64,000 bases of DNA. It comes from Octopus bimaculoides (lineage: Eukaryota). Shown here piece after piece: positions 1-12,860 of this stretch. The notes below the pieces were generated by a model that did not search any database, had not been told where the DNA came from, and saw nothing but the letters and a program-made list of their open reading frames with translations. Each line of letters starts with the position of its first letter. Position 1 is the stretch's first letter. The stretch is from contig NC_068991.1 of the NCBI RefSeq assembly GCF_001194135.2, positions 78,206,564-78,270,563 of the forward strand, in the 5' to 3' direction. The position numbers and the translations under genes were made by a program.

Positions 1-158
1 ATGCTTTATTTCATTTATCCTGAAAGTCAGCCCTGGTGAGACATGAACACAAACTGTAGAGGGACCCAATCCCAAATAAACATCACAAGGCATTATTATC
101 AGACGTTGTACCTATTCTGTCAAACCATGGTGTTTCACAAAAATAATTGTTTCTCGCA

Positions 159-347
159 ATGGCACAAGGCCTGAAATCTCGTGAGGAAGTTGTTCTTTAC
201 CATTGACTCCAGTAATTTATCTGTCCCGAAAGGACGAAAGACAACGTTGATCTCAATAGGATTTGAACTCAGGACGTAAAAAGCCAAAACAAATAGCGCC
301 GCAAAGTATTTTTTCCAAAGTTATGTCGATTCTGATACGTCACCGCT

Positions 348-349
<2 letters not shown>
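159..349 (-). mobile_element. tRNA-derived SINE, family A (degenerate copy)
   Basis: Reverse complement aligns by eye to the cleaner copy at 11141-11350 (ggcacaaggcc...gatttgaactcag..cgtaaa...ccgctt). Confidence 0.75.

Positions 350-428
<79 letters not shown>
350..428 (+). repeat. (AAT)n microsatellite running into an N-gap
   Basis: Direct observation. Confidence 0.99.
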
Positions 429-1280
429 NNNNNNNNNNNNNNNNNNNNNNNNNNNNNNNNNNNNNNNNNNNNNNNNNNNNNNNNNNNNNNNNNNNNNNNN
501 NNNNNNNNNNNNNNNNNNNNNNNNNNNNNNNNNNNNNNNNNNNNNNNNNNNNNNNNNNNNNNNNNNNNNNNNNNNNNNNNNNNNNNNNNNNNNNNNNNNN
601 NNNNNNNNNNNNNNNNNNNNNNNNNNNNNNNNNNNNNNNNNNNNNNNNNNNNNNNNNNNNNNNNNNNNNNNNNNNNNNNNNNNNNNNNNNNNNNNNNNNN
701 NNNNNNNNNNNNNNNNNNNNNNNNNNNNNNNNNNNNNNNNNNNNNNNNNNNNNNNNNNNNNNNNNNNNNNNNNNNNNNNNNNNNNNNNNNNNNNNNNNNN
801 NNNNNNNNNNNNNNNNNNNNNNNNNNNNNNNNNNNNNNNNNNNNNNNNNNNNNNNNNNNNNNNNNNNNNNNNNNNNNNNNNNNNNNNNNNNNNNNNNNNN
901 NNNNNNNNNNNNNNNNNNNNNNNNNNNNNNNNNNNNNNNNNNNNNNNNNNNNNNNNNNNNNNNNNNNNNNNNNNNNNNNNNNNNNNNNNNNNNNNNNNNN
1001 NNNNNNNNNNNNNNNNNNNNNNNNNNNNNNNNNNNNNNNNNNNNNNNNNNNNNNNNNNNNNNNNNNNNNNNNNNNNNNNNNNNNNNNNNNNNNNNNNNNN
1101 NNNNNNNNNNNNNNNNNNNNNNNNNNNNNNNNNNNNNNNNNNNNNNNNNNNNNNNNNNNNNNNNNNNNNNNNNNNNNNNNNNNNNNNNNNNNNNNNNNNN
1201 NNNNNNNNNNNNNNNNNNNNNNNNNNNNNNNNNNNNNNNNNNNNNNNNNNNNNNNNNNNNNNNNNNNNNNNNNNNNNNNN

Positions 1281-1420
1281 GAGACTCACGCTGTCGACCG
1301 GCAGAAAAGTGCCATCCTATAAGCTTCAAGAATCCTACGAAAGATTCAAGAGATTTGAGGAGACTTGTTGTCACCAAGTCACAAGACAACAAACCCTGCC
1401 AACTAAAGTAGCACGTATTA
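1281..1420 (+). mobile_element. 3' end of an R4/Dong-clade (RLE) non-LTR retrotransposon
   Basis: Translates ETHAVDRQKSAIL*ASRILRKIQEI*, a decayed form of the R4/Dong C-terminal LQKxAxLGTARILRKVL motif, followed by 3'UTR-like sequence. Confidence 0.65.
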
Positions 1421-1454
1421 GCTTTATACTCATAAAAATTATTATTTCTAATCT

Positions 1455-1640
1455 TGGCCCAAGGCCAACAATTTCAGGAGGAGGAGGAGGAGACAAGTCG
1501 ATTACATCGACCCCATTCCTGAGCTGGTACTTATTTTATCGATCCCGAAAGGATGAAAGGTACAGTCGAGACATCGGTGGTATATGAACTCAGAACGTAA
1601 AAGGCTGAATGAAATTCTGACACTCTACCGACTCTGCCAG
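1455..1640 (-). mobile_element. SINE family A
   Basis: caaggccaacaattt...tacttattttatcgatcccgaaaggatgaaagg...tgaactcagaacgtaaa...ctctgccag matches other family A copies. Confidence 0.85.
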
Positions 1641-1742
1641 TTCGAGAAGTACGTGGAACAAATAGGAGCTGCAATAAGAGTGGAGTACTTGCAGAAAACA
1701 GCAGTGCTTGGAACCGCTCGAATACTCCGGAAGGTGCTCTAA
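1641..1742 (+). mobile_element. R4/Dong-clade non-LTR C-terminal fragment
   Basis: FEKYVEQIGAAIRVEYLQKTAVLGTARILRKVL* read directly from 1641. Confidence 0.8.
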
Positions 1743-1767
1743 AATTGCGTGCAAACAAGACTAACAA

Positions 1768-3135
1768 TTTTTTTTTTTTTTAAAGAGGAAGAAAGAAATC
1801 AACAATGTGTAACCCTCAATAGGGAGGAGATTCGAGGGCTGTTCATGGAAAAACCGCATTAAAAAACCATGGGTACCCTGACTTTTGGGGCGTATGCTCA
1901 GGGTAGGCCCGTTCACACGCACCATTCTCGCCACTTTCATCCACCTTTCAGCAAACTGACTAGAAGACAATACTTCTCTTTCAAGAAGTTCATCAGGGAT
2001 TGGCCAAACAGAAAAGTACTTGTTTCAGCCTCTTCAATCTCGTCCACCATACAACCTCTTTCGCCAAGGCCACCAGGCATATAAAAACAGCCTTTCCTTC
2101 TCGGTTAAAGGAAAGCAGCGGGGTGATCTTCACGATGGATTCAATTGACAGCTAGATCCATCCCACACGCGATAACAGGTGTTCGACATAAGCCCACAGG
2201 TCAGCAATGCTCGAGCACTGGACGAGTGTATGCAGGACCGTCTCGTCCTGCGCGTATCTCGCACTTGCTCGGCTGACGGCACTTTCGTGCCTGTAAAGTT
2301 TATTTCGAACAGGCAAAGCTCCCCAGCAGCACTACCAAGCCAGAGATTTTTGGAAATTATCCATCGGTCCCGGCCTGAAAGTTCTCCACAAAAGAGCAAC
2401 TAGTTGGTCTTCTTCGACGCCCAAGGTCACCCTAAAAACGTCGTCGCACTTTTTCTCCACTAATCCTCTATAAAAAGCTAAAGAGGACGTTCCACCTATC
2501 ACAGTGTCTGATTGGCTGAGGGCTGTGAGCGCTTGAATACATTCCACTTTCAAAAAGCAGCCCCTCGGTCTCTGCTTTACCCAGGACTGCAGCTCCGTTA
2601 AAGAAACTAGTTGGGGAAGTATGTCTGGCGAACGTCGACCACACCAATTCACCGTCAAGGAAGCACTGGAGGTGTCGTAGCCGCAGTGCATGTCTGCGTG
2701 TCATCAATTATGGCATGTCCAGGTCACCACGCAACGGATGCTGACAGCAGATAGACCACTTGACCATCGGGACGCATCCCTTCCACTAAAACCGGAAGAG
2801 TATACGCTCCAGTGTAATCAGACGGTGGCCAGGACAAGGTACGATGGGTCAAACGATAGTAGATGTGGGACGCGATATACGCGTTAGCCACCTCTGCCTG
2901 ACCTTTCAGAGATAACTTTCTCTCGGCCCATTTCTGGGTGAGAGTAGTCACCGTCCTCGTTATTATGCCCCAGTTTTTGTCCATCTGGAGGTCAGGACCG
3001 AATCAGACCCCGAGCATTTTGACCGCTTCATCCGTCAAGCGCCCAACGACGGTATGGACTTGGACGGCATAGACTTGCTTCTGCAGGTGTCGAGCCGCAA
3101 ACCCAATGATTTTTCCTGGTTAATTGTCGCTCCTG
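1768..3135 (-). mobile_element. 5'-truncated Tx1/L1-clade LINE (post-RT region, decayed) with poly(A) tail
   Basis: Minus-strand EVVSGATINQEKSLGL, VKMLGV*FGPDLQMDKNW, WAERKLSLKGQAEVANAYIAS and GPMDNFQKSLAW. T14 on plus at 1768-1781 is the poly(A). Homologous to 41790-42770. Confidence 0.85.
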
Positions 3136-3804
3136 AAACCACCTCGTAGTCCCTGAGAGCGGTGCCGATAATGACAATAATAAATCCACATTTTCATAGA
3201 TGTTTCAGACAAAATAATAGGACGGAGATGACATGCAGAGCAATTTCGTAGCGCAAATAATCTGAATGTTGATAAACAAGTATACTGAAACCTAACATAA
3301 CTATACGTTCCTCACAGCCTTTTTTCACTTCGTTTTGTTTCGTATTTTCTTTTCTTTTTCTGTCTTCTTTTTGTCTCTTACATATTTCCCCAGTAACTCT
3401 GAACGCCATTTTGACGTTGCTTTCCGATTAGTTTACTCAATAACAGTATATTTTTGTCACTTTTGCTTTCTTTTATTTATGTATTTATATATTTTTCTTT
3501 ATGCTCTATTTTCCATTTTCATTTCTTTCGTCTATCATTTCTGTCTCTTTTTTCTTTTTCTTCTTTCCCCATCTTCATTGCTTTAAGAGGTGTGTTAATA
3601 AATACACAACTGACGACTACATTAATGGTGCCAACAGTTGTAAGAACAGAATGTAAAACAAGTAGCGATTATGCAATAATTTAGTAATTATTGGTAAAAT
3701 AAAATGTAGTTTCTGATACTTCAAAGATCTCCACAGGATTGGCGAAGCACAGAAAAAAATCAACAAGGTTTATTTGTGATTTGTTTGTTTGTTAGTATGT
3801 CTGC

Positions 3805-3839
<35 letters not shown>

Positions 3840-5339
3840 CTTTGGCTTGTTTTTTTTTAGTTGGTTGTGTGTGTGTTTTTCTCCGATCTACTGATATTTA
3901 CCTTAAACTCTAGCAAATGATGCAGACGATAAAGAAGAGGGGAAAAAATGAAGTTCACGAAGTGGTTGAAGTATTTTGCTGTCAACAACGTTAACTCTCA
4001 GCCTCATCAACATCTGTATTGAGCTTTAGAAGAGAAGAAAGATGAAAGAGGAATGGGACGTGGTAATTATGATGTAAATTATTAGATGCGAAGAACAGTT
4101 ATATATACAAATATACTAACACGCTATCTTAAAGAAAGCGTATTTGGCAGCAACATTGGATTTTGAATATGGTAATTACTTAATGCATTCTCTTGTAGCT
4201 TGTATGTGTATATATGTGAGTGTATGTGTGTATGTGTGTGTGGTGCGCGTGTGTATGCGTGGTTCCCAGACATAGTTATTATGCTATGGTTTATTAGTTG
4301 TGACGGAGGTATATATAAAAATATACTAGCTCTAACATGTTATCTTAAAGAAAGTTTATTTGGTCGTGATATTGCGCTTTGTATATGATTAATGAATGCA
4401 AGCTCTTGTGTATATATGTGGATGTATATATAATGGATTCTCTCCTCGATTTCCACGTGTGAAGGTCCACACCTTAGCTGCTAGATGACCCACACAGATG
4501 ATTTGTTTTCAGTGGTGAAGGCCTGTGAAAGAATATCCACACTCATTGGAAATTCTGACAGCAGAAAATTGTTGCAAATGTTTGCCAATAAATTCTATGA
4601 ACAACACATCTCAGACTTTCCCTTTTGAGTTCTCCATCTCCTACGTCAGTTCTCTGCACCCCGACTTGCATTCTAACGCATACATTTTGACAAAAAGGCA
4701 CACGTAGGTACTAACCCAAAACTTTCTAAGTCCTCGTGTATAATATACATATATTATGCAATTGGATGGACGTTGACTCTTCTGAATTCAGTCATTCTTT
4801 GACGCATCGCCTTTTCCCATTCTACAGAATGTCCAAAAACCACCTTACTCACCAAGGAAGCTCGGTGGTGTTGCTGGTTTAGTCGCTGATGGCTCGACCA
4901 TCAACAGGTAGGACTGGGTTGCACGATACATTCAAGAACGACCCGACATGTATGTATATATACATACATACATGCATACATACATACACACACATACACA
5001 CACACACACATATATATATAGAACAATGAGAATGAGTGTTCAACAGCGCATTAGTGGATAAAGATTATTTGTGTATTAAGGCTACCATTGGTTTCATGTT
5101 AAGGAGTACTTCAACAATTATCAAGCCTACCACAAGGAACATCAGTGTTCGTCTTCATTTTGGATTAAGATATATATGAGGTGGATGTGTAACTAACAGA
5201 ATATTGCAATTATGGCGAATGGCAAAGAAAAGCCATGTGAAATGGAAATAAATGAAAAGGAAACAAAATCTATGGTAATACCAAGAAGCAATAGACATCC
5301 GAAATAAGTATTACTATAGAAGGAAAGCCGATTAATTGA

Positions 5340-5600
5340 ACAGGCATTAAAGATAACATGCCTGGCATATATCCAATGAGAAAACGGGAGGTCAGAGAAA
5401 AACTATGTTATGCAGGCCACTACCGGAGAACTAACGATGAAATATCCAAGAAATATCTCTCGCAGAAACCCGTGCCTGGGTATAGGGGTATCAGCGGGCC
5501 AAGAAGACAAATAGAGCGATCGACTTTTGGAAAATATTGGATATCAAGTTGAGTATATGAAGACTGTTATGGAAGATCGCGACATCTGGCGTTTCATTAG
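5340..5600 (+). mobile_element. RTE-clade LINE C-terminal fragment
   Basis: REVREKLCYAGHYRRTNDEISK..QKPVPGYRG and MKTVMEDRDIWR resemble the RTE tail (RLRFAGH...GRP...M.DR..WR). Confidence 0.65.
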
Positions 5601-5630
5601 TTCAGGCAAGTCACCCGACCGGATAGGTAA

Positions 5631-5643
5631 TGTGTGTGTGTGT

Positions 5644-5703
<60 letters not shown>
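5631..5703 (+). repeat. (TG)n microsatellite into an N-gap
   Basis: Direct observation. Confidence 0.99.
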
Positions 5704-6556
5704 NNNNNNNNNNNNNNNNNNNNNNNNNNNNNNNNNNNNNNNNNNNNNNNNNNNNNNNNNNNNNNNNNNNNNNNNNNNNNNNNNNNNNNNNNNNNNNNNN
5801 NNNNNNNNNNNNNNNNNNNNNNNNNNNNNNNNNNNNNNNNNNNNNNNNNNNNNNNNNNNNNNNNNNNNNNNNNNNNNNNNNNNNNNNNNNNNNNNNNNNN
5901 NNNNNNNNNNNNNNNNNNNNNNNNNNNNNNNNNNNNNNNNNNNNNNNNNNNNNNNNNNNNNNNNNNNNNNNNNNNNNNNNNNNNNNNNNNNNNNNNNNNN
6001 NNNNNNNNNNNNNNNNNNNNNNNNNNNNNNNNNNNNNNNNNNNNNNNNNNNNNNNNNNNNNNNNNNNNNNNNNNNNNNNNNNNNNNNNNNNNNNNNNNNN
6101 NNNNNNNNNNNNNNNNNNNNNNNNNNNNNNNNNNNNNNNNNNNNNNNNNNNNNNNNNNNNNNNNNNNNNNNNNNNNNNNNNNNNNNNNNNNNNNNNNNNN
6201 NNNNNNNNNNNNNNNNNNNNNNNNNNNNNNNNNNNNNNNNNNNNNNNNNNNNNNNNNNNNNNNNNNNNNNNNNNNNNNNNNNNNNNNNNNNNNNNNNNNN
6301 NNNNNNNNNNNNNNNNNNNNNNNNNNNNNNNNNNNNNNNNNNNNNNNNNNNNNNNNATATATATTAATATATATGTGTGTGTGTAATATAAAGATAAAAC
6401 ATATATATAGTATATAAAAGATAGGCATATATAAAATGTAATATATATAATATATTTGTATGTGTGTACGCATGTTTGTGTGTGTGCGCGCGCGCGTGTG
6501 TGTTCAGAGAATTAGGTACACTTCAATTACAAGATATTGTACCGAATTTACTGAAT

Positions 6557-6567
6557 AGATAGATAGG

Positions 6568-6645
<78 letters not shown>
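6557..6645 (+). repeat. (AGAT)n tetranucleotide repeat
   Basis: Direct observation. A second (AGAT)n lies at about 11797-11868. Confidence 0.98.
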
Positions 6646-6989
6646 TTTTTGTAAGCAGATTCTACAAAAGGGAAATTAGAAAGAGCGTTTGATTTGCTGA
6701 TTAATAACTCACTCGAACTAATTACTAAAATGGCGTCTCGGAATAATTTTCTTCAAAGATTTTTTTTTTAGTATGCTAATTGTTCATTGTTATTCTTGTA
6801 AAATATCGATCGTGTGCTTCTTGATTCTTTCCTCATTACTTCGGTAAGAACAGTAAATGAAGTTTTACTGAAGGGAACTAATATGGCAGAAACATGTCTG
6901 GTGTTGTTTTCTGTATTTGAGAAATTTAACTAAATAAAATTAGTTATTGAAATAGGATTATTGTTTTTATTTTCATCATTGCATTATTG

Positions 6990-7680
6990 CAGGGTGTTCG
7001 GGCTAAATTTGACAGTGTGCATAAAAGAAAAAAGACAGCACAATATTCTATCCAAAAATAAAAGTACCTTTAAAAAATTTAAAAAATATCAACCAGATTA
7101 TGACTGAGAGATAACAGTTAATTCAAAGTAACCACTCCCAGCTTCCACCATGGCCGCAAAACGGCTCCGAAACCTGGCGCATGCGCTCCTCACTGTATCC
7201 GCGGGAAGATCTTTGTGCATTTCCTTCATCTTGGCCACCTGTTCGACCTTGATTTTGCAGGTGTCATTCTCAACCGCGACCCACACATAGTAATCTGTGG
7301 GATTACAATCGGGGGTGGGGGGAGACCAGAGATTGGAACTGGTGAACTCTAGGAATTCTCTGACAGCTACTTCTGACTATTTCCAGAGGTAAGGCAAAGA
7401 GCTGAATCCTGCTGCCACACATATAGCCATCCACCAGCAACCTTCTCCAGCTAGGGATTGACCACAGTCTCTTGAAGCTTCACACAGCCGTCTGAATTGA
7501 GTCTAATGCCCTGTTCAAAGATGTGGTTCGGCATGATGCTGCCCTGTATTCCTGCTGTGTCCCTTCTAGCTGGCCACAGCTCCGTAGTCTCCGTTGCAGC
7601 TGTCCACGTCATGTCTTACAGCATTTACAGTGTTCACAAAGCATAGAGCAGCAGTTATGACGCCGACATTTTGATATCGG
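6990..7680 (-). mobile_element. Tc1/mariner-superfamily maT-type (DD37D) transposase 3' fragment, decayed
   Basis: Minus strand YVWQQDSA...WSPPTPDCNPTDYYVW...RSACARFRSRFAAMVEAGSGYFE. There are 37 residues between the two Ds after restoring one base. TIR-like cagggtgttcgggctaaatt at 6990. Confidence 0.85.
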
Positions 7681-8539
7681 GCACAAATCATGAGGATACG
7701 GGTAACTCTTTTCCTACGTCCAGATGGTTCGTCTAGTGATATTAGCGATTAAAACAGGGCGGCAAGCTGGTAGAAGCCACATCAAAATTTCCATTGGCCC
7801 CTCTAAGGGGAGGTAGCGTCTACTCTGGAAAGCGGTATCCTATGACTTTTACAAGCCATGCAACATCGGCGATACTGGCCGAAAACAGCGAAACCCCACC
7901 AGCGAGACAGGGCGAGACGATGTGATTCATGTCCTTAAACGCATTTTGCAAATTTGGCGACTGCAAGGAAAATACGGCATTGAGATAATTGTTTTGGGGG
8001 TCACCGTCACTCAACGCCAATATATATTTCTGTATGAAGTTGATCTGACAGATGACTGTTGACAGCTTAATACTGAATATATACAGCTTATAAATAACAT
8101 TAAAGCGTAGCATGAGAAGTTTTCCAATTTCTTTTGCCATTATATCAGAGAACATTTTGGGTGAGAGGAAGTGGGGGGGAAACTCAATCACTTTCATGTT
8201 ACAGATCAATGAGGATATTGCAAGATATGGTCGAAAGATCTGTGCTAATATGTATTCAACGATAATGCCTACCAATATACAGCTGTAACCATTTTTGAAA
8301 GAACGCTTAGAATTTACCTGCAGAACATGTTAAATGGGAGAAAGTCAACGTAAGTAACGAGAGTGGATAAAAAAATACTTCAAGAAAAACATCAACAACA
8401 TGCGTCGTACAATCGAACGTATAAATATCCAATCGGGTGAATAGGATTTTCACAATAGACCAAAAAATCTAAAATGTGCCGAGGTTCTACGTTCCAAACA
8501 CTTGAAAGAAATATTTGTAGAATATTATTCTTTTATTTG

Positions 8540-8725
8540 TTTAAAGTTATTCGATTGCGGCCATGCTGGAGCACCGTCTTTAGTCAAACAAATCGACTCC
8601 CAAAGCTTATTCTTTGTAAGCCTTAATGCTTATTCTATCAGTCTCTTTTGCCGAACACCGCTAAGTTACAGGGACGTAAACACACCAGCATCGTTTGTCA
8701 AGCGATGATGAGGGAACAAACAAAC
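8540..8725 (-). mobile_element. SINE family B, 3' half
   Basis: tgcggccatgctggagcacc...ccgaacaccgctaagttac...gtaaacacaccagcatcg matches 33890-34272. Followed by (CA)n. Confidence 0.9.
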
Positions 8726-8739
8726 ACACACACACACAC

Positions 8740-8840
<101 letters not shown>

Positions 8841-9049
8841 AAGAAACATGTTTCTCGTTCCTAATCATCTCGCAACAAACGTAAAGATATTTTAAGCTTT
8901 CTTCCGTAGACAGTGGGATCGGTTTTACTCGTATCAAGCTAAAAACAAACACGGCAGGAATTACCGATTCCACAAGTGCGAGGATTACCCAAAAAAGTGA
9001 AAATATTTCTATAGTTTTCCTTTTTCTTCTTTTTCTTTTTTGCTATCAA

Positions 9050-9370
9050 TAGAGGAGGCGTAGCTGAATGGTTAAAACGCTCGCTGTGATTAACAAGCAC
9101 GTTGATTCGGGTACAGTCCCGCTGCTCGGCACCTTGGGCTAGTGTCTTCTACTATAGCCCTGGACTCACCAATGCGTTGCGAATAAATTTGGTGGCTGGA
9201 GAGTGTATGGAAGCCCGTCCTATAAATGAATATACTTGTGGTGGTGGTGGGGGGTTCGTCCTTTCTCATCACTTGACGACCGGTGTTGGTTTCTTTAAAT
9301 CAATAAAAACATTCGAGGTGCTGCTCCAGCATGTCCGCTGTCCAATGACTGAAACAAGCGAAAGAATAAA
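9050..9370 (+). mobile_element. SINE family B, degenerate near-full copy
   Basis: tRNA-like head (tagctgaatggttaa...ggtacagtccc), ccttgggc..tgtcttctactatagcc core, 3' ctccagcatg..cgctgtccaatgactgaaacaag. Confidence 0.8.
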
Positions 9371-9974
9371 AGAATGCAAGAACAAATGTATTCTTCCATA
9401 ATAAACGCCATGAAAATTCCTATGAATACACGTCTAGCGTTGGACATAAATGCAGAGATCTGTAAAAACCAGCGAATTCGATATTATCCGGCTGCAAAGG
9501 TTTATTGACAATAAGGAACAAATGTAAAAAAGAAAAAAACAACAACAACAACAAAACCAATAATTAAAAACAAAAACAGTGCTAAAGTGTCTTCAGTTTT
9601 TTGTGTCGTCAAAGATTGAAGATATAACTTTCTATTGTTCAATTTATAATCTGCGTTTTTTCAGCTGAAATGGTTATTGTTTTTTCTCTTTTTTATATTT
9701 AGTTCTTTCTTAGTTCTTTTTAATGGTTTCTTAATACGATTGCCTTTGTCTTTTTTTTTTTTTCTAAATTTGTTTTTTTAAGTTGTTAAGTCACAACGCA
9801 GATTGTATGTAGGTTAGCAATTATATATTGTGTGCAGATGTAATGCGTGGGTAGTGTAGCGCAGACACGCACACACACACACACACGCATGCATATACAT
9901 GCTACATAATGATTGCCATACTGAAATACGACGAGAACCGCGCGTGTGTGTATGTATAATATCTGCATTTATTT

Positions 9975-10170
9975 TATCTTTTACTTGTTTCAGTCTTGAG
10001 ACTGCGGCCATGCTGGGGCACCGCTCGTGAAGGAATTTACTCGAACGAAGCGACCCCAGTACTTTTTCTTTTTGAAGTTTCGTACTTATTCTATCGGTGT
10101 GCTACGGGGGACGTGAGCACACCAACACCGGTTGTCAAGCGGTGGTGGGAGACAACCACAGACACAAACA
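9975..10170 (-). mobile_element. SINE family B, 3' half
   Basis: ttttacttgtttcagtc..gactgcggccatgctgg...caccggttgtcaagcggtgg. Confidence 0.9.
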
Positions 10171-10337
10171 CACACACACACATCTAAACATACTTTATAC
10201 ATATACACACAAACACACACATACATACATACATACATACATACATACATACATACGTACATACACAGACACACACACGTGTGTGCGTCTGTGCGTCTGT
10301 GCGTCTGTGCGTGTGTGTGTGTGCGTGTGTGCGTGTA

Positions 10338-10405
<68 letters not shown>

Positions 10406-11140
10406 GATAAATGCAGGTGTGGCTGAATAATTAAGAAGTTCGCTTCCCAGCCGTGATGTCTAAAGTTTAGTCCTAGTGCGTGGCATGTTGGTCAAGTGTC
10501 TTTACTACAGCCTCACATCACCCAAAAGCATTTGATAGAAATTGTTTAGAGAAGCCCATTGGATGGATTGTGTCTGTATTGAAACGTCTAACCTCATCAC
10601 ACACAAGAAACACACAAAGAGTTACAGAAAGAGGGGCAGGACTTCTGAAAACAGGCGGGAATTTTACATAATGTAACTCTGTTGAACCACATTGCATCGC
10701 CAGTTTTGTTTTCTTCGGTGCCAGATCCATATTCTAATCGTCGCAAAGATTTGTTTTGATGTTTTTAATATATAAGTGTAAAAACCGGGTTTAAGTAGAC
10801 GAGTATAACTGAGTGGTTAAGAAGAAGTCCCAGGTTCGAATTCACTTCGAGATATCTTGAACAGATGTCATTTTCTTTAGCCTTCGGCCGACCCATGGCT
10901 TGTGGGTGAAATGGGTTAACGGAAACTGTAAAGAAGCCCATCATATTGATTGTATCTGGAATTCCAAACAGTATAGCCTTATCATATACTGTATCACACT
11001 GTCTCTGCTTGAGATTTTGCTTAAGGGTACACGTATCGATGGAATACTCAGCCACTAACACGTTGAATTCCTTCACCTAATTATTTTCAAATTTTCTACA
11101 CTGATGTAACTTCTTTATTATTAATTAATTTATAGAAAAA

Positions 11141-11350
11141 AGCGGCGAGCTGGCAGAATCATTAGCACGCCGGGCAAAATGCTTAGCAGCATTTCGTCCG
11201 ACTCTACGTTCTGAGTTTAAATTCCGCCGAGGTCGACTTTGCATTTCATCCTATCGGAATCGATTAAATAAGTACCAGTTGAACACTGGGATCGATGTAA
11301 TCGATTTATCCCCTCTCCCGAAATTGCTGGCCTTGTGCCAAAATTTGAAG
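11141..11350 (+). mobile_element. SINE family A, full-length reference copy
   Basis: gcggcgagctggcagaatc (A-box-like)...gagtttaaattcc (B-box-like)...ggccttgtgccaaaatttgaa. More than 10 related copies in the window. Confidence 0.9.
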
Positions 11351-11796
11351 TCATTATTAATTTTTTAAAAAACGATGGATAAGATTCTCGTCATCAAGAT
11401 GCAAAATTACAAATTTTTAAACATATAATCTGGTGAAAATTTTAAATACTTCAAGTGGTTGGACGAAATTTAACAAGGTCCTTTAATTCTCATCGTCAAA
11501 TGACAAAGATCTGGTTTAGATATTTTATTTCCAAAACCTAAAATGTCACAACTCCACTCAACACTTCTCTTTGAAACCCTCTACTTCCCTCAAAGCGCTC
11601 CCTTCTTTCTAATGGGGGGATGCCATAGCCCAGCTTAATCATTGTTCGAAATTCTTGAACTGATTTCCGTCGTCTCTCTTTCCAGGTCAGCCTCCTCCAA
11701 CTCAACCCATGTCAGCAGTATTTAATTTTCCATAATATAGTTTCATTTATAGAAAGTTTATTCCCGTGTTTTCCTTTTACTACCTGTCTATTTACG

Positions 11797-11869
<73 letters not shown>

Positions 11870-12860
11870 TCTGCGATGATTTGAGAAGCGGTGACGAGTC
11901 ACAATTCTGTAAATAATAATAATATTCTATAAGCTAAAAGCTTATAAGCGATCACCTTCAACGAAAAAAAGTAGGTTTTCGGTACGCATGCGTACACGTA
12001 TTTCTGTGTACATTGGTGGTACTGGAGACATCATGAAAAATCGTCTGCTAAATCCCTTTTATGTCATTTTCCAATGTAAACTAAAGGCACTCCACATCAT
12101 TATCTAACCTTATCTAGAGGCTCAAATAGAATGGAGTGGGGCATACGACCCACTGATCTATAATAAAAAAAACAAATGCTGCATCATACAATAAAACATC
12201 GTGGGTGTGCAACTTATGCCTAGAGGAAACTATGGAAATCGTCACATCCAGAGACTCCGAAGTAATTATATCTTGTAAGCATAAAAACAAGGTGTCATTC
12301 TTAGAATTCGAAAAAGACATTTTGAAACAGAAAAATGCTAACTGCCTTTAGCTTAGAACAAGAGGAGAACATAGAAACCAAATAAATCAAATAATCACTA
12401 ATTTCATACGCTATACCATTATACCACCAAAAGTAATTAAAAGGACCTATTAAAAGCATTTCATTTGTCAACTCAGGCAATGAACTCCAACAGCTGAATA
12501 GCTGCACTTGTTGACCCTAAAGCCAAACTAACGAACTATACTACCATCCTGACATCTGCATATTCAAATATCAAAATAAGTCTAACATCACCACACAAAC
12601 CTCCCCTTCCTTTATAACTACCATTCCTTTCTCGCTTTCCATCACCTTCTACTTCTCCCAACCAAATACGCACAGAACTGCCCACATACCCCTTGGATAT
12701 CGGAACACCAACTTTAACATCCAACATGTATTTTTATTTTCCTCTTTTCCCTTTATAATTTCTGCATTAATATCTAATTTCTTTTATATCTCTTCCTCTC
12801 CAGAATAACTTCTAAAAAGATGAATTCTATTAATTCCTTCTATTGAAACTCTTTTAACTC

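Noticed and set aside
4485-4628. 47-aa ORF MTHTDDLFSVVKACERISTLIGNSDSRKLLQMFANKFYEQH, with an HxDD RT-like motif or possible exon
   Set aside because: Too short, no further RT motifs nearby, no family recognised.
11141-11225. tRNA-like sequences at SINE heads (also 34200-34270, 57043-57110)
   Set aside because: Only A/B-box-like motifs with no complete cloverleaf, and they continue into repeated SINE bodies.
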